From Convolutriloba macropyga (lineage: Eukaryota), in assembly GCF_964194025.1 (NCBI RefSeq), contig NC_134479.1, forward strand, positions 25,420,001-25,484,000: 64,000 nucleotides of DNA, given 5' to 3'. Within the stretch, counting starts at the first letter, position 1. The number at the start of each line of letters is the position of its first letter. A model generated the notes under the pieces. The model made no database searches, was not told the origin of the DNA, and was given only the letters and a program-made list of their open reading frames with translations. The translations under genes and the position numbers were made by a program. Below are positions 38,001 to 51,300 of the stretch, in pieces.

Positions 38001-38950
38001 CCTTTTGAGAGATGATTGTAATTCTTTCATTTATATACCCAACTATTGAAAAATTTTCAAGCTATTAAGTATCTATTCTTTGAATATTAAGGGAGAACTT
38101 TTATCGTCACGCAGCTACTGCTTTTGAAAACGGGAAACTTTAATAGACGTGTTCCAATGAACTCAAGTAATTATTAATTGTGTTAAATTTTCCCGTAATT
38201 TCTCAGGGAGACTTCGAAAAACCGGGTGCACCAGACGGAGGAGGGGCTAAATGTGGTCTCAAGTTTTCCCCTATTATGTTAGGAAAACCTATGTTGTAAA
38301 TATTTGGTTGTTAAACATGGGGGCTCAATTGGTTCGCTTGATTCTTAGATCAAAATTGGGGCATCAAAATTTGGGGTCAAACCCTGGGTTCTGAATATGC
38401 TCGCTATTTTTCTAGAAAAATTGAATTTTTTAGAAGCCGGTTTCTCAAAATTGACGGAACAAAGGAGGGAAGACTAGCATATAATTCCTTCCTTTATTGG
38501 AAGAGGTATCAATAAGATACCACTACTTTCAGGTTTTTCTTCTTACTTTTTTTCGTTATTCAAAATTTTTGGGTAATGTTGTTTTTTTTGGATGAATTTA
38601 GTACAAATGTGGTAAAACAGACCGAAAACCTTGTCTGATTAGTTTTATAAAACGGATTTCTTAAAATTTTGTTTTGGAAAGAAAGAGGTGAACTTCTTAT
38701 AAGAATGATTGGTTTGAATACGTTCAGCAAAATTGAAGCTTGGACTGGCATAGAGCTCTCAAATCTTTCGAAGATATTGGAAAAATCTGCGTTCTTAGTT
38801 TTTTTCTAAGTGCTCAAATTAATGAGAACAAATTATTGTGCATGGAGCAACCATAGTAACTAAATGTCATTTTGAGAATAGATTGGAAATGTTTTTTCTT
38901 TAGATTCCAATTATTCGATCAAACACTTTTACGGTTTAAAAGCCCATTCA
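35100..38950. repeat. Old degenerate tandem array, ~5 units of ~0.6-0.9 kb
   Basis: AAGGTGTTCAACATCAT-like anchors at ~35648, 36268, 37081 and 37808; CTACTGCTTTTGAAAACGG-like anchors at ~35203, 36527, 37345 and 38115. Confidence 0.75.
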
Positions 38951-40267
38951 TAGGTTTCTCAAATACATTTTCGAAAAGACAGGCGATAGTTTATTGTGTT
39001 TGGTTGTGCAAATAGGCTGGCGTTAATTTTAAAATTTTCTTCAGATGAATTGTTCCATCATTGTTTATTTGTCGCGAAGCGATAGAAAAGCCCTTATTAT
39101 ATCGTGGTTTTGTTTCGTGGTTTTTTGTTACGACCACGAACACGTGACAATAATTATTGCCACTTTTTTGGTTATGGACCAGCTGTATCGATGCATGGGA
39201 TGTCATTTGGTACTTGGCATTTTGCATTTTGTTGAAATTTTTATTGGTCAATTTTTCGGGGATCATCAACTATAATATTAGCAAAGCCCACTAGTAGTTT
39301 ACTGTTTTCCATTCATTGCCGACTCGCCTAATCAGAGGAGAGATCGTTTGTATCATTGTCACCTGTTTGAGTGGGGATATTGATAACTTTTACGCAATTT
39401 GTTTTCCCCCAATGAGCTCTGAGTAAAATAACCAAATATTGAAGTACCTTACGGACAAAAATTGTAACAAAAGTTAGATAACACTCTTTCGTTAGCTGAT
39501 ATTTCTTGAGAGAGGTCAATCGTATGTACGGTCAACATACAACATCAATGGGCTGTCTCAAAAGTCAGGCTGCTCTTTAAAAACTCAAAAATTCTAGAAT
39601 TGTTTGTTGTTCCTTTTCATCTGAGTGACCAAAATTTTGATAACCAAGATGATTTAAATTGAATTCTTAACAAAAACTGGTCAATAGTATTCGAGTTTTT
39701 AGATCAATGCTGTGTAATTTGTTAATATTTCGTGCCATATTAAATCACTCACGTATATAATCTAGGTTGAGAAAGTAAACTCTTATTGAATTTCAATATA
39801 GATCACCCAAACTATAGAATTATGGTCCTGTTTTGCCGGATTTTGTCAATTGTCGGTAATGCTTATCATTTAACTTCTTTCATTTAGCTGACTTATTATT
39901 GTGATTTGGTATTGAATTTTTTGTTTTCAATGAATATTTGTATAATTTTACGTGACTCTGATGAAGTCAGGGGGAAAATCTGGCATTAATCGGGAAGCGC
40001 GTGTATTTATTAACCAAAATTTTGATCCGATTTTTGCCGAGTCCCGCACACTTACCTGATACACGCACTTTGCGAGTTTTAAGATACAGACAGTTTTCAA
40101 ATCTGGCACTATATAGGAAATCAAATGCGAGCAACCAAATTAACTTAACCTAATAGATTTCAAGAGTTCATACAATTTAGACGGAGAGCTGCTGTATTAC
40201 TCAGTTGTAAGGGAAAGTCCAAAAAAGTAAAATCGTTGTTAGGAAATGCAAGGAACGTTTTGTTTAG

Positions 40268-40471
40268 GTATCCACGAATGCTACAGCCGGTCGAACGAGT
40301 ATCAGCTGAACGACAGTGCGGCGTACTACTTCGATTCAATAGACAGAATATCAGAGCCAGGCTACATTCCCACCGAGCAGGACATCCTACGCACCAGAGT
40401 GCGCACCTCTGGCATCGTAGAGATCCAGTTCTCCTTCAGACGCCTCAACTTCAGAATGTTTGATGTCGGAG
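40268..40471 (+). CDS. GNAI: G-alpha-i exon 2
   Basis: tttag acceptor; [34 protein letters not shown]; donor G|gtcagt; intron 1 is ~14.1 kb. Confidence 0.95.
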
Positions 40472-40699
40472 GTCAGTTCACTTTCTCCATTGTGCAAAAA
40501 TCTAAAATTTAAACCAATTTAGTTCCAATTACAACTTCTGGGAATGAAGTTACTCTTATCTAACATCCTGGATAGTTTTTAAAAGGAAAGAGAAATTTTA
40601 CTTCCACGCTTATTATATTCCCCTATTTGCACTAACAGCTGGACAACTTGGGAGTTAGGAAATCAAACTTTGTGAGGATTGTTTTAACTGATTTTTTAG

Positions 40700-40788
40700 G
40701 TCAAAGATCAGAGCGAAAGAAGTGGATCCATTGCTTTGAGGGAGTCACTGCTATCATATTCTGCGTTGCTTTATCAGCCTACGATCAG
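40700..40788 (+). CDS. GNAI: G-alpha-i exon 3
   Basis: [30 protein letters not shown]; tttag / gttaca splice sites in phase. Confidence 0.95.
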
Positions 40789-40945
40789 GTTACATATCAG
40801 ACATATTTGTTGGGCGCATTTATTCTATCCGCTAGAAAATATACCGCGGTCCGGCAAATTTAAGTAGAATTTTGCATATTTCATAGTTTTCATGTCTAGT
40901 CTTTAGAGCCTGATTGACTTGGCCTCTGGTGACTTGGCATCTCTT

Positions 40946-42866
40946 TAATAGCCGCGTCCTCAATTCCAGGCGGCTATTATAGCGCTCCTAATTTTTTTTA
41001 CAATTCAAAAAATTTGAATTGTATTGGGGCGCTGTTTTTTTTTAAGATGTGTTCACACATTTTTCAGACTTTGATCTTTCAAAACGGGATAAACGTGTAA
41101 AGCCCAGCGGGCATCAAGTTTCATTAGATGACCAAAGTGGGCTTCAGTAGTCTTTCAATTGCTTAGGGTGGTACAGCTGCTGGGATGGCCTTAATTTAAG
41201 GTTAAAAGGTCATTTTAGGAGTTTTTGGGCTCAAAATGTGGCAATTTTTCATGTTTTTTGTGACTTTTTTGAGTTTTTGTTTGATTAGTCTTGTGTTGAA
41301 GTTTTTGAAAAATGATGAAGGCCTTTTGCGAGAAAAATTTACTTGTTATGACCATTTTATGAGCTATATATTTTGGTACTACAAACTTAAACAAACAAAC
41401 AAATTGATACTAATTTTTTCAAGTTTTTTGAAAATTTTTGTCATTTTTTGAGTTTTTCCAGCTTCAGGGGCTAGTAAATGTCCTTTTTGGTTTGAAAATA
41501 GAGCACTGCATAGTTTCTAGTAATAATGGATTTGTTTTCAACATTTTAATGTCTCGAAATTCGGCATTTTTTTTTTTTTTTGAAAAAATCTGAAAACTTT
41601 TCAAGGTTTCCTAAAGTTTTTGTCAATTTTTGATATTTGTCCTTTCTCAAGTGCCATAAAACCTATTTCACGGTCTGATAAAAGTTACTGCATGGTTGTT
41701 AGGTTCAATGGATTTGTTTCCAATAGTTTAACCTTTCGAATTTTAGAAATTTTTTGAAATTTGAGATTTTCTCTAAAAATTATTGCCTATCGATCTTTGA
41801 ACCAATGAATTTTTTAATGCTCGGAATTGGGTTAATGGATAGCCTCTAGAGACACAGAAATGATTCTGAAGATATTAATATCACGATTTTCAGCAAATTT
41901 TTTTTAAAGTTTGCAATTGATTTCATTTTTTAAATTTTTCGGTCGTTTTTGAGTCAATCGATCTTCAAGGGTCGTTTTTTTTCAGGTCATGCAGATATAC
42001 TGGGCCGATTTTAAAAACAAATATTGATCTTGAACATATATTTGAAATAGTTATATACAAAGGATGAAATTTTGCCTAAAGGGTAAAAGCTTCAAGAGTT
42101 TTAGTAATGAGTACATTTTTGTTTAGTTCGCTTGATTGTTTGTTTATCATTTTTTGAGATGATTTTATTTGTGTTTTGGCTGGCATTGTTCAATCGATCT
42201 GCAGGTCGAGTACTTCTAAGTTTTTCATTCAATTCTTTGAATTGTTTTTCAAGACTTGTCCTGCTACGTTTTTTACTTCGTCTTACCCTGACTTCTTGGA
42301 ATTGACTTTTTCAATGACTTACCTCTCTACACAGTTTTACTACACAGTACTACACAATGACTTACCTCTATAAGCAAGACTTTTGAACTCACTTATGGAG
42401 CTTTAAATTTTATGAACATTTACTTGTTAAAGATCAATAGTGTTCATCTAAGTAGTGCCAAACATATATGCCCTAATTCTTGATTATTAGAGTCTTGAGT
42501 TTTTGATTTCGAATATTAATTTTGGGATCTTCTCCGTTTGTTCCCCCATTACGTTATGCGCCTCTCAGTTACAGAGCACGTGCCATTACATAGTAAGTCA
42601 TTATGTAAAAAATATTGTACGTGCATCTGAGGGGTGCAAATAATATGCGCCCACTAAGCCGAGGGGGCACAAACGGAAAAGATCCTAATTTTGAAAAGCC
42701 CTATTAAGGTTTTCTCCTTATAGAGCTTATGTGTCTCATAAAAATGACAGTCCAAAGCTAACCCAAAAAGTCTAGTGGTCTATTAAAAGACTCTTTAGTT
42801 GTTTCAATTCATGGAAGGCCTCAAGCGTCTATCGCGGCTATTTTCCGGCAATCTGCCGGCCATGTT
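40946..42866 (+). mobile_element. HINE-like element, family A, ~1.9 kb, in G-alpha intron 3
   Basis: 5' AATAGCCGCG / 3' CGCGGCTATT exact subterminal IR; 3' hairpin; internal modules shared with 14150-14830 and 20080-20620. Confidence 0.75.
42525..42685. mobile_element. MITE, 161 bp, Merlin-like (GGATC termini, 8-bp TSD)
   Basis: 23-bp TIR GGATCTTCTCCGTTTGTTCCCCC / GGGGGCACAAACGGAAAAGATCC (2 mismatches); TSD TAATTTTG at 42517-42524 and 42686-42693. Confidence 0.85.
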
Positions 42867-43184
42867 TATTTATTGCCGCAAAGCAACAGCTGGGCAGTTA
42901 TTGGCCTTCTCTTTGTTTTTTACAATGGAAAAAAATTGTTTTGTATTAGTGCTTTGTCTTTTTTACGACTCGAAGTGGATTAATCGTGATCTCTTTCTTT
43001 TAATCGGTGACTTCTATATTATTGTGTATAGGTGGAAATCTGCTGAACAAAAGTCAAAAGAAGAGAGAAATTTAGATTGCTTTTTGTTCATTCATTGTTC
43101 TAAGTGAGAACGAGAAAAGTACGTGTAAAAACATTTGCGCAAGTTTGATCTAATTTTTTGTCCAACTACTATTTTAATAGCTTT

Positions 43185-43625
43185 TTATAGCTGCGAAGCT
43201 GTAAGCTGAGCGAAGCTATATTGCGATGCTCTTGGTTTTTTTGTTTCGTCGTCTGACGCTCTTTTTTCGTTTTACATTTCTTCACACAGCAAAGCTGAAA
43301 AAGTCAAATTTTCTGAATGACTTCTTCCTCTCACTAACGGAATTTGCGCGCGTGACGTCATTTCTCACTCGCTTTAGCAAAAGTTTTTAGGTTATTTGCG
43401 TGATTAGATTTTGATCATACGTGCAGTAAAGGTCCCTAATAAGAGGCTTCTGCGGAATGAATTTTAACAAGCTTTATTAATTTATCGCTGAATGTTTTTT
43501 ACCTAGTTTTTTTGAGCGGCGTCGATTTTTTTTTTCAATTTAGATCTGTATCTGTTTCTATCTCTGTTGTATGGCACGCAGGTCTATTCTTTCGCAGCTA
43601 TTCCGGCAATCTGCCGGCTATGTTT
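43185..43625 (+). mobile_element. HINE-like element, family A (ATAGCTGCGAA subtype), ~440 bp
   Basis: ATAGCTGCGAA / TTCGCAGCTAT plus CCGGCAATCTGCCGG hairpin. Confidence 0.75.
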
Positions 43626-43979
43626 AAGTTTTTGTATCCTTTTCCAAATTTTTATAGTTTTGGGGAGCTTTTTGGTTAAATTTATTACAGAAAAATGAAC
43701 AGATTGAGCTAAATTGGTCTCAATAAGCGTTGATTTATCTGAATGAGGGGAAATCTGGCTGAATTTCCACAAATTTAGCCGACAGCATGCAAATTTGACC
43801 GTACCAAATTAACAGCCTGGTAACCATAACTGACTTTGAAAAATATGAACGAAAACAGGAAAATTGTAACAAGTCGTAATTACTCCCAGGCGCGGAACAA
43901 GTACTTTAAAGTTGAACAAATTTTGTTTTTTTTTAAAAAAAAAAACGGTCCACGGTCTTCATTCTCTTAAACTGACAAA

Positions 43980-45240
43980 AATGAATGAAAATAAAATTTT
44001 TAAACTTGTTTAATCCAAAAGACGAGACTGATGTAATTTAATTCTTGACAACGGATTTCGTTACAAGGAAACAAATAACCAAAAACCGGTAAATAATGGT
44101 TGCACCAGTCGACTTGCAGCAAATGTAGAAAAAAAAAACAGAAATTATACGAAATCATCCAAACACTGTGACAACCCGGACTTTGAATATATTGCCAATG
44201 CAAAATATAGGCAACAAATTTTATGTGCGAATGAAAATGATCCTTCTAAAAACGTTCGGAACATTTATGAGTTTCATACAATTCGAAGTGGACTTCATAA
44301 AAGCAGTCGAAAATTTTTGCACCAGCACCAAAATTTGGGACCAACTTTTTAGTCCCAAAAATTGGGCAGAAACGTCCGATGGCCGAGATTTTTTTTTCAT
44401 CAGGAACCAGGAATGGTTATATTTACAAGCAAGAAATTGCTTAATATTTTGCAAAAAGCAAATTTATTCTTTGGCGTGGAACTTTTAAGGCTGCATCAAT
44501 ACCTTTAAGCAAATTTTTGCTGTCATTTCGGATAGAAAAATACCATTTTTGTGGGCTTTATTATCAGAAAAATCTGAAGATTATCGTTTTGTTATGTGCA
44601 TTATCTCAGAAAAATGTCAAAATTTTTTGGAAACAATATTTTAACAAAAAAATTTTTTTGAGGGAGCATGAATTTGAAATTATGGCAGAAATTATTGATG
44701 AGCTACCGAGCACTGATCATTACGGTTGTTTTTTCTATTTTACTCAACCTTTATACCGAAAAATTCAACTTCTTGGTTTGGTTTTTGATTACAGCAACTC
44801 TAGCAAACCTTTTAAACAATTTTTCAGCAAAGTTTTTATTGGATTTTTGCCTACTGGAAATATCGTTCCTTGCTACAACTCTTTCAAGAATTCCGGTTTT
44901 TGTCGCCGGGTTTTTACAAGTCACCCAGCTTCTAAGAAATTTCTTGAACTTTTAAATTTTTGGATTAAAAAAAACGATGTTTTGTGGAACGTCTACAATC
45001 GGGAGCCAACTTTAAGAACCACAAATGTTGGCGAAAGTTGGCATTCTTCTTGGAATTGAAAATTTGCAAGAAATAATCCTTTTATGTGGATCGTTATTCA
45101 GGAATTGATAAAAACAAGGTGCACTATGAGCAAGGTTTAATAAACTTATCAACATATTGGAACAGCGTTCGTGTTATTTGTCAATCGACTTTTCGACTAA
45201 TTTCCTACGCCCCCGGATTAATCTATAACATCGCAGACGC
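43980..45240 (+). pseudogene. Decayed Mutator-like (MULE) transposase
   Basis: EFE..AE....P....GCFFYFTQPLYRKIQLLGL and RTTNVGESWHSSWN resemble the MULE DFE..GCxFH..Q and RTNNxxEGWH motifs; frameshifts and stops. Confidence 0.75.
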
Positions 45241-45383
45241 GCATCCTTTTATCATAGAATCAAGTACTGTTAAGGCGTAGAATTTGCAGTTAGGGCTGTT
45301 AAAAGCGTACTAGGAGATCGTAGCTGGTGGAAAATCGTTTTTCGTCTAATAAAATAATCGTAAAAAAAAGTTCGTGTGTTTAG

Positions 45384-45752
45384 GTTTTAGCCGAAGATGA
45401 AGAAACGAATCGGATGCACGAAAGCATGCAGCTGTTCGAGTCAATATGCAATAACAAGTGGTTTGTCACAACATCAATTATTCTTTTTCTAAATAAAATG
45501 GATTTATTCGAAGCCAAAATCGAACTTTCACCGCTTACTAAATGCTATCCCGAATACGCTGGTGAAAATACGTATAATGAAGCCGGGAGGTACATTCAAG
45601 TTAAGTTTGAAAATTTGAATAAACGGAAACAAACGAAGGAGATTTACCCGCATTTTACCTGTGCTACCGATACCACTAACATTCAGTTCGTTTTTGATGC
45701 AGTTACAGACGTCATAGTGAAGAAAAACTTACAAGAATGCGGTTTATACTAA
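45384..45752 (+). CDS. GNAI: G-alpha-i exon 4; spliced protein ~390 aa
   Basis: tttag acceptor; [18 protein letters not shown] (NKxD), TCATDT, C-terminus LQECGLY with Cys at -4. Confidence 0.95.
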   Translation, partial: VLAEDEETNRMHESMQLFESICNNKWFVTTSIILFLNKMDLFEAKIELSPLTKCYPEYAGENTYNEAGRYIQVKFENLNKRKQTKEIYPHFTCATDTTNIQFVFDAVTDVIVKKNLQECGLY

Positions 45753-45841
45753 CAAACTTGATTCTAATTTCGGACATTTTAATTATTTTAAAGACTTGAT
45801 AACGTTATAAACGAAGTTCAGGTTAATTCTTGGCTGCTGAA

Positions 45842-46121
45842 TAATTGCTCTCGAGCGAAGTGTTTTCATGCAAAATTTTCGCTTGACCCTTTTGATTTTT
45901 CGAGTGACTTTTTCGCCCTTGACTTTTCGTCACGCCCTTGACTTTTTCAATTCAAATGAAAAGTGCGCCAAAATTAGTGTAATTTTTTCCACATCTAATG
46001 ACGTCATTTGAAACTCTTAGTGAATTTAGTTACCGCCTCCGCGACGGAAGCAAGCTGCAATAGATTAGAGCTCCCACTAGTCGTCCGAGAGCAATTTTTC
46101 CGACGTTAGTCGGTTATGTTT
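45842..46121 (+). mobile_element. HINE-like element, family B, complete (~280 bp), 90 bp after the G-alpha stop
   Basis: AATTGCTCTCG / CGAGAGCAATT exact IR; CCGAC-GTTA-GTCGG hairpin; TTATGTTT end. Confidence 0.75.
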
Positions 46122-47870
46122 TATTTCTTGATCTGTTATATTTCAAGAACAAAGTGATTTCACGGGCTTGTTAAATGATTGTTAATTTTTCCTCAATTAG
46201 ACCACTCAAATATTGTTTAAAATGAGTGTGCTATTGTAAAAACGTTGCCGTGAAAACGACCTGATGAAAGCTGGCAAAACCCCTGGGTACTGGAAAGCTC
46301 TGGTAAAATCCACAGAAAAAAGCGGAGAAAAGGAAAGTGCTTTGAGTGTCAAGCTTCAGAAATTATTTTTCCCTGAAGAAACAGAGGTTAAATAGCTTTC
46401 TGAATTTACTACGGTTTGACCAACGCTTGTTAAGTGTACATTTGCGCCTTAGCTGGGCATCGAAATGATACTCCGATTTATAAAATTGCCACATTTTCAT
46501 TCATTCATCGCGATGTTGCTTCAACTGTGGAAGTGAGCAGTGACTGGTGAATTTTTCCATTTGACTTACTTTCTTTTCCTAATACCCATATTCTCAGAAA
46601 AAAAATTATGTACTGTAGGAAAGTAAAAGAAAGTGAAAGGAGCTCATTTTGTTTTTGCAATTGACTTGAAATATCTTTTCATATTTGCCGAAAATGATGA
46701 AAACTGCAGAATATTTCAAGTAGTTTCTGTAATTTTGGATGTGTTTGCAGGTTTACTATGTGTGCTAAACTTAAGTGAATAAATTTGGTTTTATATTTTT
46801 GTATTCGTGGTGTGTAAATATTAGACATGAATTCCTGCCAAAAAATTTTTAGTGCTAAAATTTACTTTTCCATTCGTTTATACACAATATTTTTATCAGA
46901 ATAAATTTGACTTAATTATTTGCATTGACATGATATTTGGTGACGGACGTGATAAAACATCGAGTTGTTTTTGGCTTTGTTCGTCATTTTTTTCTGGAAA
47001 ATGCACCGTTAATGGTAAAAGCGGTGGATCTAATTGAAATTTGTAATAAAAACAGGACAAATTGTTAAATTTTATGGTTTTCAATTCTCATTAGTTTGTT
47101 TTTGTCATAAACAACAGCAAATTTTCATGCCAAAGCCTAATTTTACAACTCGTGAAGTTAAATATTATTTTTGGCCTATTGTTTCAAGCTCGCAAATTCA
47201 CAAGATGTAAAGGATCTTTTCAAGCAATCGCCTCGTTGGTACCTAGACGAAAATCGCCACCCCTAATAAATTTCACTCGCCTATGTCTCAGAAAAATTTT
47301 GATAGTTCAATAAATTGCTTGTTTAAATTCTATTCGAGAATTATCTCCCCTTTGGCAATAGGACTCGATTGTTGAAAAGATCGAACGTGCAATTTATATG
47401 ATCTCTGTGCCGTAACGTGCAATTTATACAACGTGAGTTTCGCAATTGATGTTCTCAGCCGTCAATGATCTCATTGAGTGCTAGCAATTTAATTTGATTA
47501 AATCTATCTGGTAATCATTAATAGTACTAAGTGCAGTAGAAACCATTAAATTATTTTTAAAATAAGAATTTTACAATTTTATTCAATTCTTACTCAATTA
47601 ATTTCTGAATTACTTTCTCTTTCGGAGTAATGATGATAATATTTTAATTATCATAACTAGTAATGATATGAGTTATAATTACTCTTCTGTCATCATACTG
47701 TCCCTGTGGTTACATTGTTTTTGAAATTGATATTTTCACTACTATACTTGTTTTAAATCTCTTCAGTAAAGGACAGGCAGGGCATAAATTATGATGGTTG
47801 ATTTTTTAAATCAAAAGTGAGTATTAGAATTGCAGTCATTTTTGGAGCTTCGGATTGCGTGCAAATAAGC

Positions 47871-48364
47871 TGTCGTGGTCGATAACACGGGTAAAAGAAT
47901 TCAATAAGTTGGATTTTAAATTAAATTTTGAACTGAAAATATACAAAAATTAGCTTGTATTTATAGTAGTTATCTATGCGAAAATATACAGAGAAAATTT
48001 AGATTAGCTAAAAATATGTTACATGATTGGCATGTGAATAGATCTTAACTCCGAATCCCGGGGGTGATTTTCTATTTTCATCAACATTTCATGAGAATCA
48101 TATATGGCTTGGGTTCAATCGAGTTCATTAGTTGGAGGTCGGTGGATGTTAGAATCTGTTGGTGGGAGAATTTGCTTCTCACATATGATTGATAGGTCAA
48201 TAAGATAATGATAGCGCCAAAATAAAATTAGAATTGAGTTTAGTTTTGTGGCCATTACTTATCGACACAGCAGTAAAGTTCGTCAGGTAAGTTCTTCTTT
48301 CGTTCTTTGAAACTTTAATAAAGAAAACTTCTAAGTTTCTTGATGTTTCTTTGAAACCATCACA
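47871..48364 (-). repeat. 3' LTR (494 bp)
   Basis: Direct repeat of 52228-52726, preceded on the minus strand by the PPT. Confidence 0.95.
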
Positions 48365-51300
48365 TCCTCCCTCCTTTTTAAGCAAGTTTGTGGGTGTAGG
48401 TTCTCCAAATCTGTCCGGTTGTTTTCTGTTTCTTGTTGATGTTCGTGAAGGCTCTGAGCTTTCGGATTGTTGGTGCTCTGCAGATGTGGCTGCAGAGGCT
48501 TCATCTTGAAGTGAAGGTTCCACATCTGTGCTCTGAAGTTGTTGTTCTGATTGAGATATGGTCTCCTGAACTGCTGGTTCAGTTTTCACATTGTCCTCGT
48601 CTAGTCTCGCAATTTGGCTGTCGCTCACTAGAATAGTCCGTGCTGAGTTTTCGGTCTGTATGAAGGATGTGTTCAAGCCCTTCCTGATGATGAAGTTAGA
48701 AGGAACTGTCTTTGTCTTTTCGTTGGCCTTGAATAGAAAGGGTTCGCACAAGTCGAAATCTGCTATTGCTGGTAGCCTCATTCTGCGTCCCAACACGAGT
48801 TCAACTGGAGTTTTGCTCCTCGTCTTTGAATTGTTGCGATGTGTCATCAGTGCCCTTTGCAGGAATGCTCCAAATGACACATTAAGTTTGGGACTCCACG
48901 CTTCAGGTGCCCGCTTCACTGTCTGAACTGCTCTTTCAGCTAGTCCATTAGCTCTTGGATGATAGACGGGTGATTCCATTTTCTTAATTCCCAGTGATTC
49001 ACACCACTGTTTAAGGTCACCACTTACAAATTCAGGACCATTATCAGATACTAAAGTTTTTGGTATTCCGAATCTTGCAAAGATTTGACTAAGATATATT
49101 TTAAGTGTTTCTGATGTTCTATTTCCCGCGGGGAAGGCTTCTATCGAACCAGAACCTGCGTCAACAATTACTAAGATATTGCCTTGTTCCTTAACATAAC
49201 CCCAGTCCATGTGGAGCCGTTCCCAAACGTCGGCTTCTGGCCACGTAGAGACTGTTTTTCCAGGCTAGGCCTGTTCAATTGACAATTCTTACATTTACTA
49301 ACAAAGTGTTGAACGTCTTAGGTAATGCCGGGCCACCATGCTATCATTCTGACTGATGCCTCAGTTGCATTCTTCCCGGGATGTGTCTCATGCGCTTTTG
49401 CCAAAACCAAGTGTCGTAGTTTTGGTGGAATGAAAGGAACAACACCTCTGAAGATGATTCCATTATGTAAAGTAAGTGCATCTTTCTGTTGTTCGAATCC
49501 TTTTTCCGCTTCTGAACATTGTTTCCAATTGCCGCTTTTGATTCGTTTCATTATGTACTGGAAGAGTCTGTTTGTTCCAAGTTCAGTTTTGATTTCCTCT
49601 TGGGTCACCAAATCACTCTGGGCGAAGTAGATGTTATTGATTGCGAAGCACACTCGATCGTTGTCCGATTCGTCTTCGTCAAAATCCATTCTGCTCAAAG
49701 CATTGCATGGGGTACCTGCTCTCCTGGCGTGTACTTCAACTCATAGTCAAAACTCATTGGAGCTATTGCCCATCTTGTGATTCTCGCTGATGCTGTCTTC
49801 GGGATCTCCTCGTCTAGTGCAAAGAGATAATTGAGTGGTTTGTGGTCAGTCTGTAGGGTAAATCGTCTTCCATGAAGGAATTGTTTTAGTCTTGTGACCA
49901 CAAACACAATTGCCAGTGCATCCCGCTCTATGTTCGAGTAGTTTTGCTCCGCTGGAGTCAATTTTCTCGATACATATGTGACTGGATGCCCTTCTTGCGA
50001 AAGAACCCCGCCAATGGTTTTTTCAGAGGCGTGAGTAGTAACGGTTGCTTCTTTTTGTAGACTATATGGCTGTACTAGTGGGTTAGCACATAATTCATTT
50101 TTTTATGTCTTCAAAGGCTTTTTGTTGCATTTTGCCCCATGAGAAATCGTTATTTCTCATGTTATTTAAGGGTAGCGTTTTTGTTGCAAAATCAGGAATC
50201 ATTCTTCCGTAAAAATTAACTAGCCCAACAAACGATTCGAGTTGTTTATTGTTAGTTGGTGCTTTTGCATTTTGTATTTTTTCAACATGTTTGGGATCTG
50301 GTGCTATTCCCTCCTTTGAAATGGAGTATCCCAAAAAGCTAACACTATCGACTGGTTTTGAGTTAGATTTTTCTCATTAATAGTAAATTTTTTCACGTAG
50401 TCGACTCTTGACTGCAAGCATTCTCTTGTCGAACTGCTCCTTGGTAGTTCCATACACCAATATAACGTCTTGAAAGATCACATCACCTTTGATTCCTTTG
50501 AGTGTTGATTCGATGCAATTCTGGAAGATTAATGAAGAGTTTTTCAATCCCTGAGATATTCGGCACATCTTGAACAATCCCTGAGATTTGTTGATTGTGC
50601 TTATATCTTTTGCTTCTTCGTCAAGTTCAATTTGATAGTAGGCATCTGAGAGGTCAATTTTGCCAAAGTATGAGGCCCCATGTAGGTTGTGGAAGATTGT
50701 CTCCATGTCTGGTATTGGGTAGTCCTCATCCATGACCTTCCCTTTGATGTGCACTTTCAATTCCACGCAAAGTCTCAGTTCTCCACTCTTCTTTCTCTGC
50801 CACACCACTGGAGATGCATTAGTGACTCCTCCTGGCTGTACCGGTTCAAGGATGCCTTGTCTGACCATTTGTTCCAGCTTCTCTGTGACCTTGTCTTGAA
50901 GAGGTAGTGGTATTTTTCTGGCTTGGCAGAACATTGGCTGTGTTCCTGGTATCAGCTTCACATGAGCTTTGTGACCCTTCACAGCAGGTAGGTGCTCGGC
51001 TGTGATGTTGTTCACGCCGTGCTTTGGTAGGTCTCTACCAAGTAGTCCAAATTCTTTATCAGACTGCACAACTGCTAGTTGTTTTTGAGTGAGCTTGCTT
51101 CCGTTCCACTGAACGTCACAAGAAATTGATCCCAGAAACGTTAATTCATGACCATCATAAGCTTCGAGATGTCTTATCTGAGGTTTACCATCCAACTGAG
51201 GTTTACCAAGCTCAGTCCATATTTTGATGATATCACTGTGCTATCTGCACTACCTGCATTTTTAGTTTGTAGTTAATTATTGAGATATATTCCCATGTCA

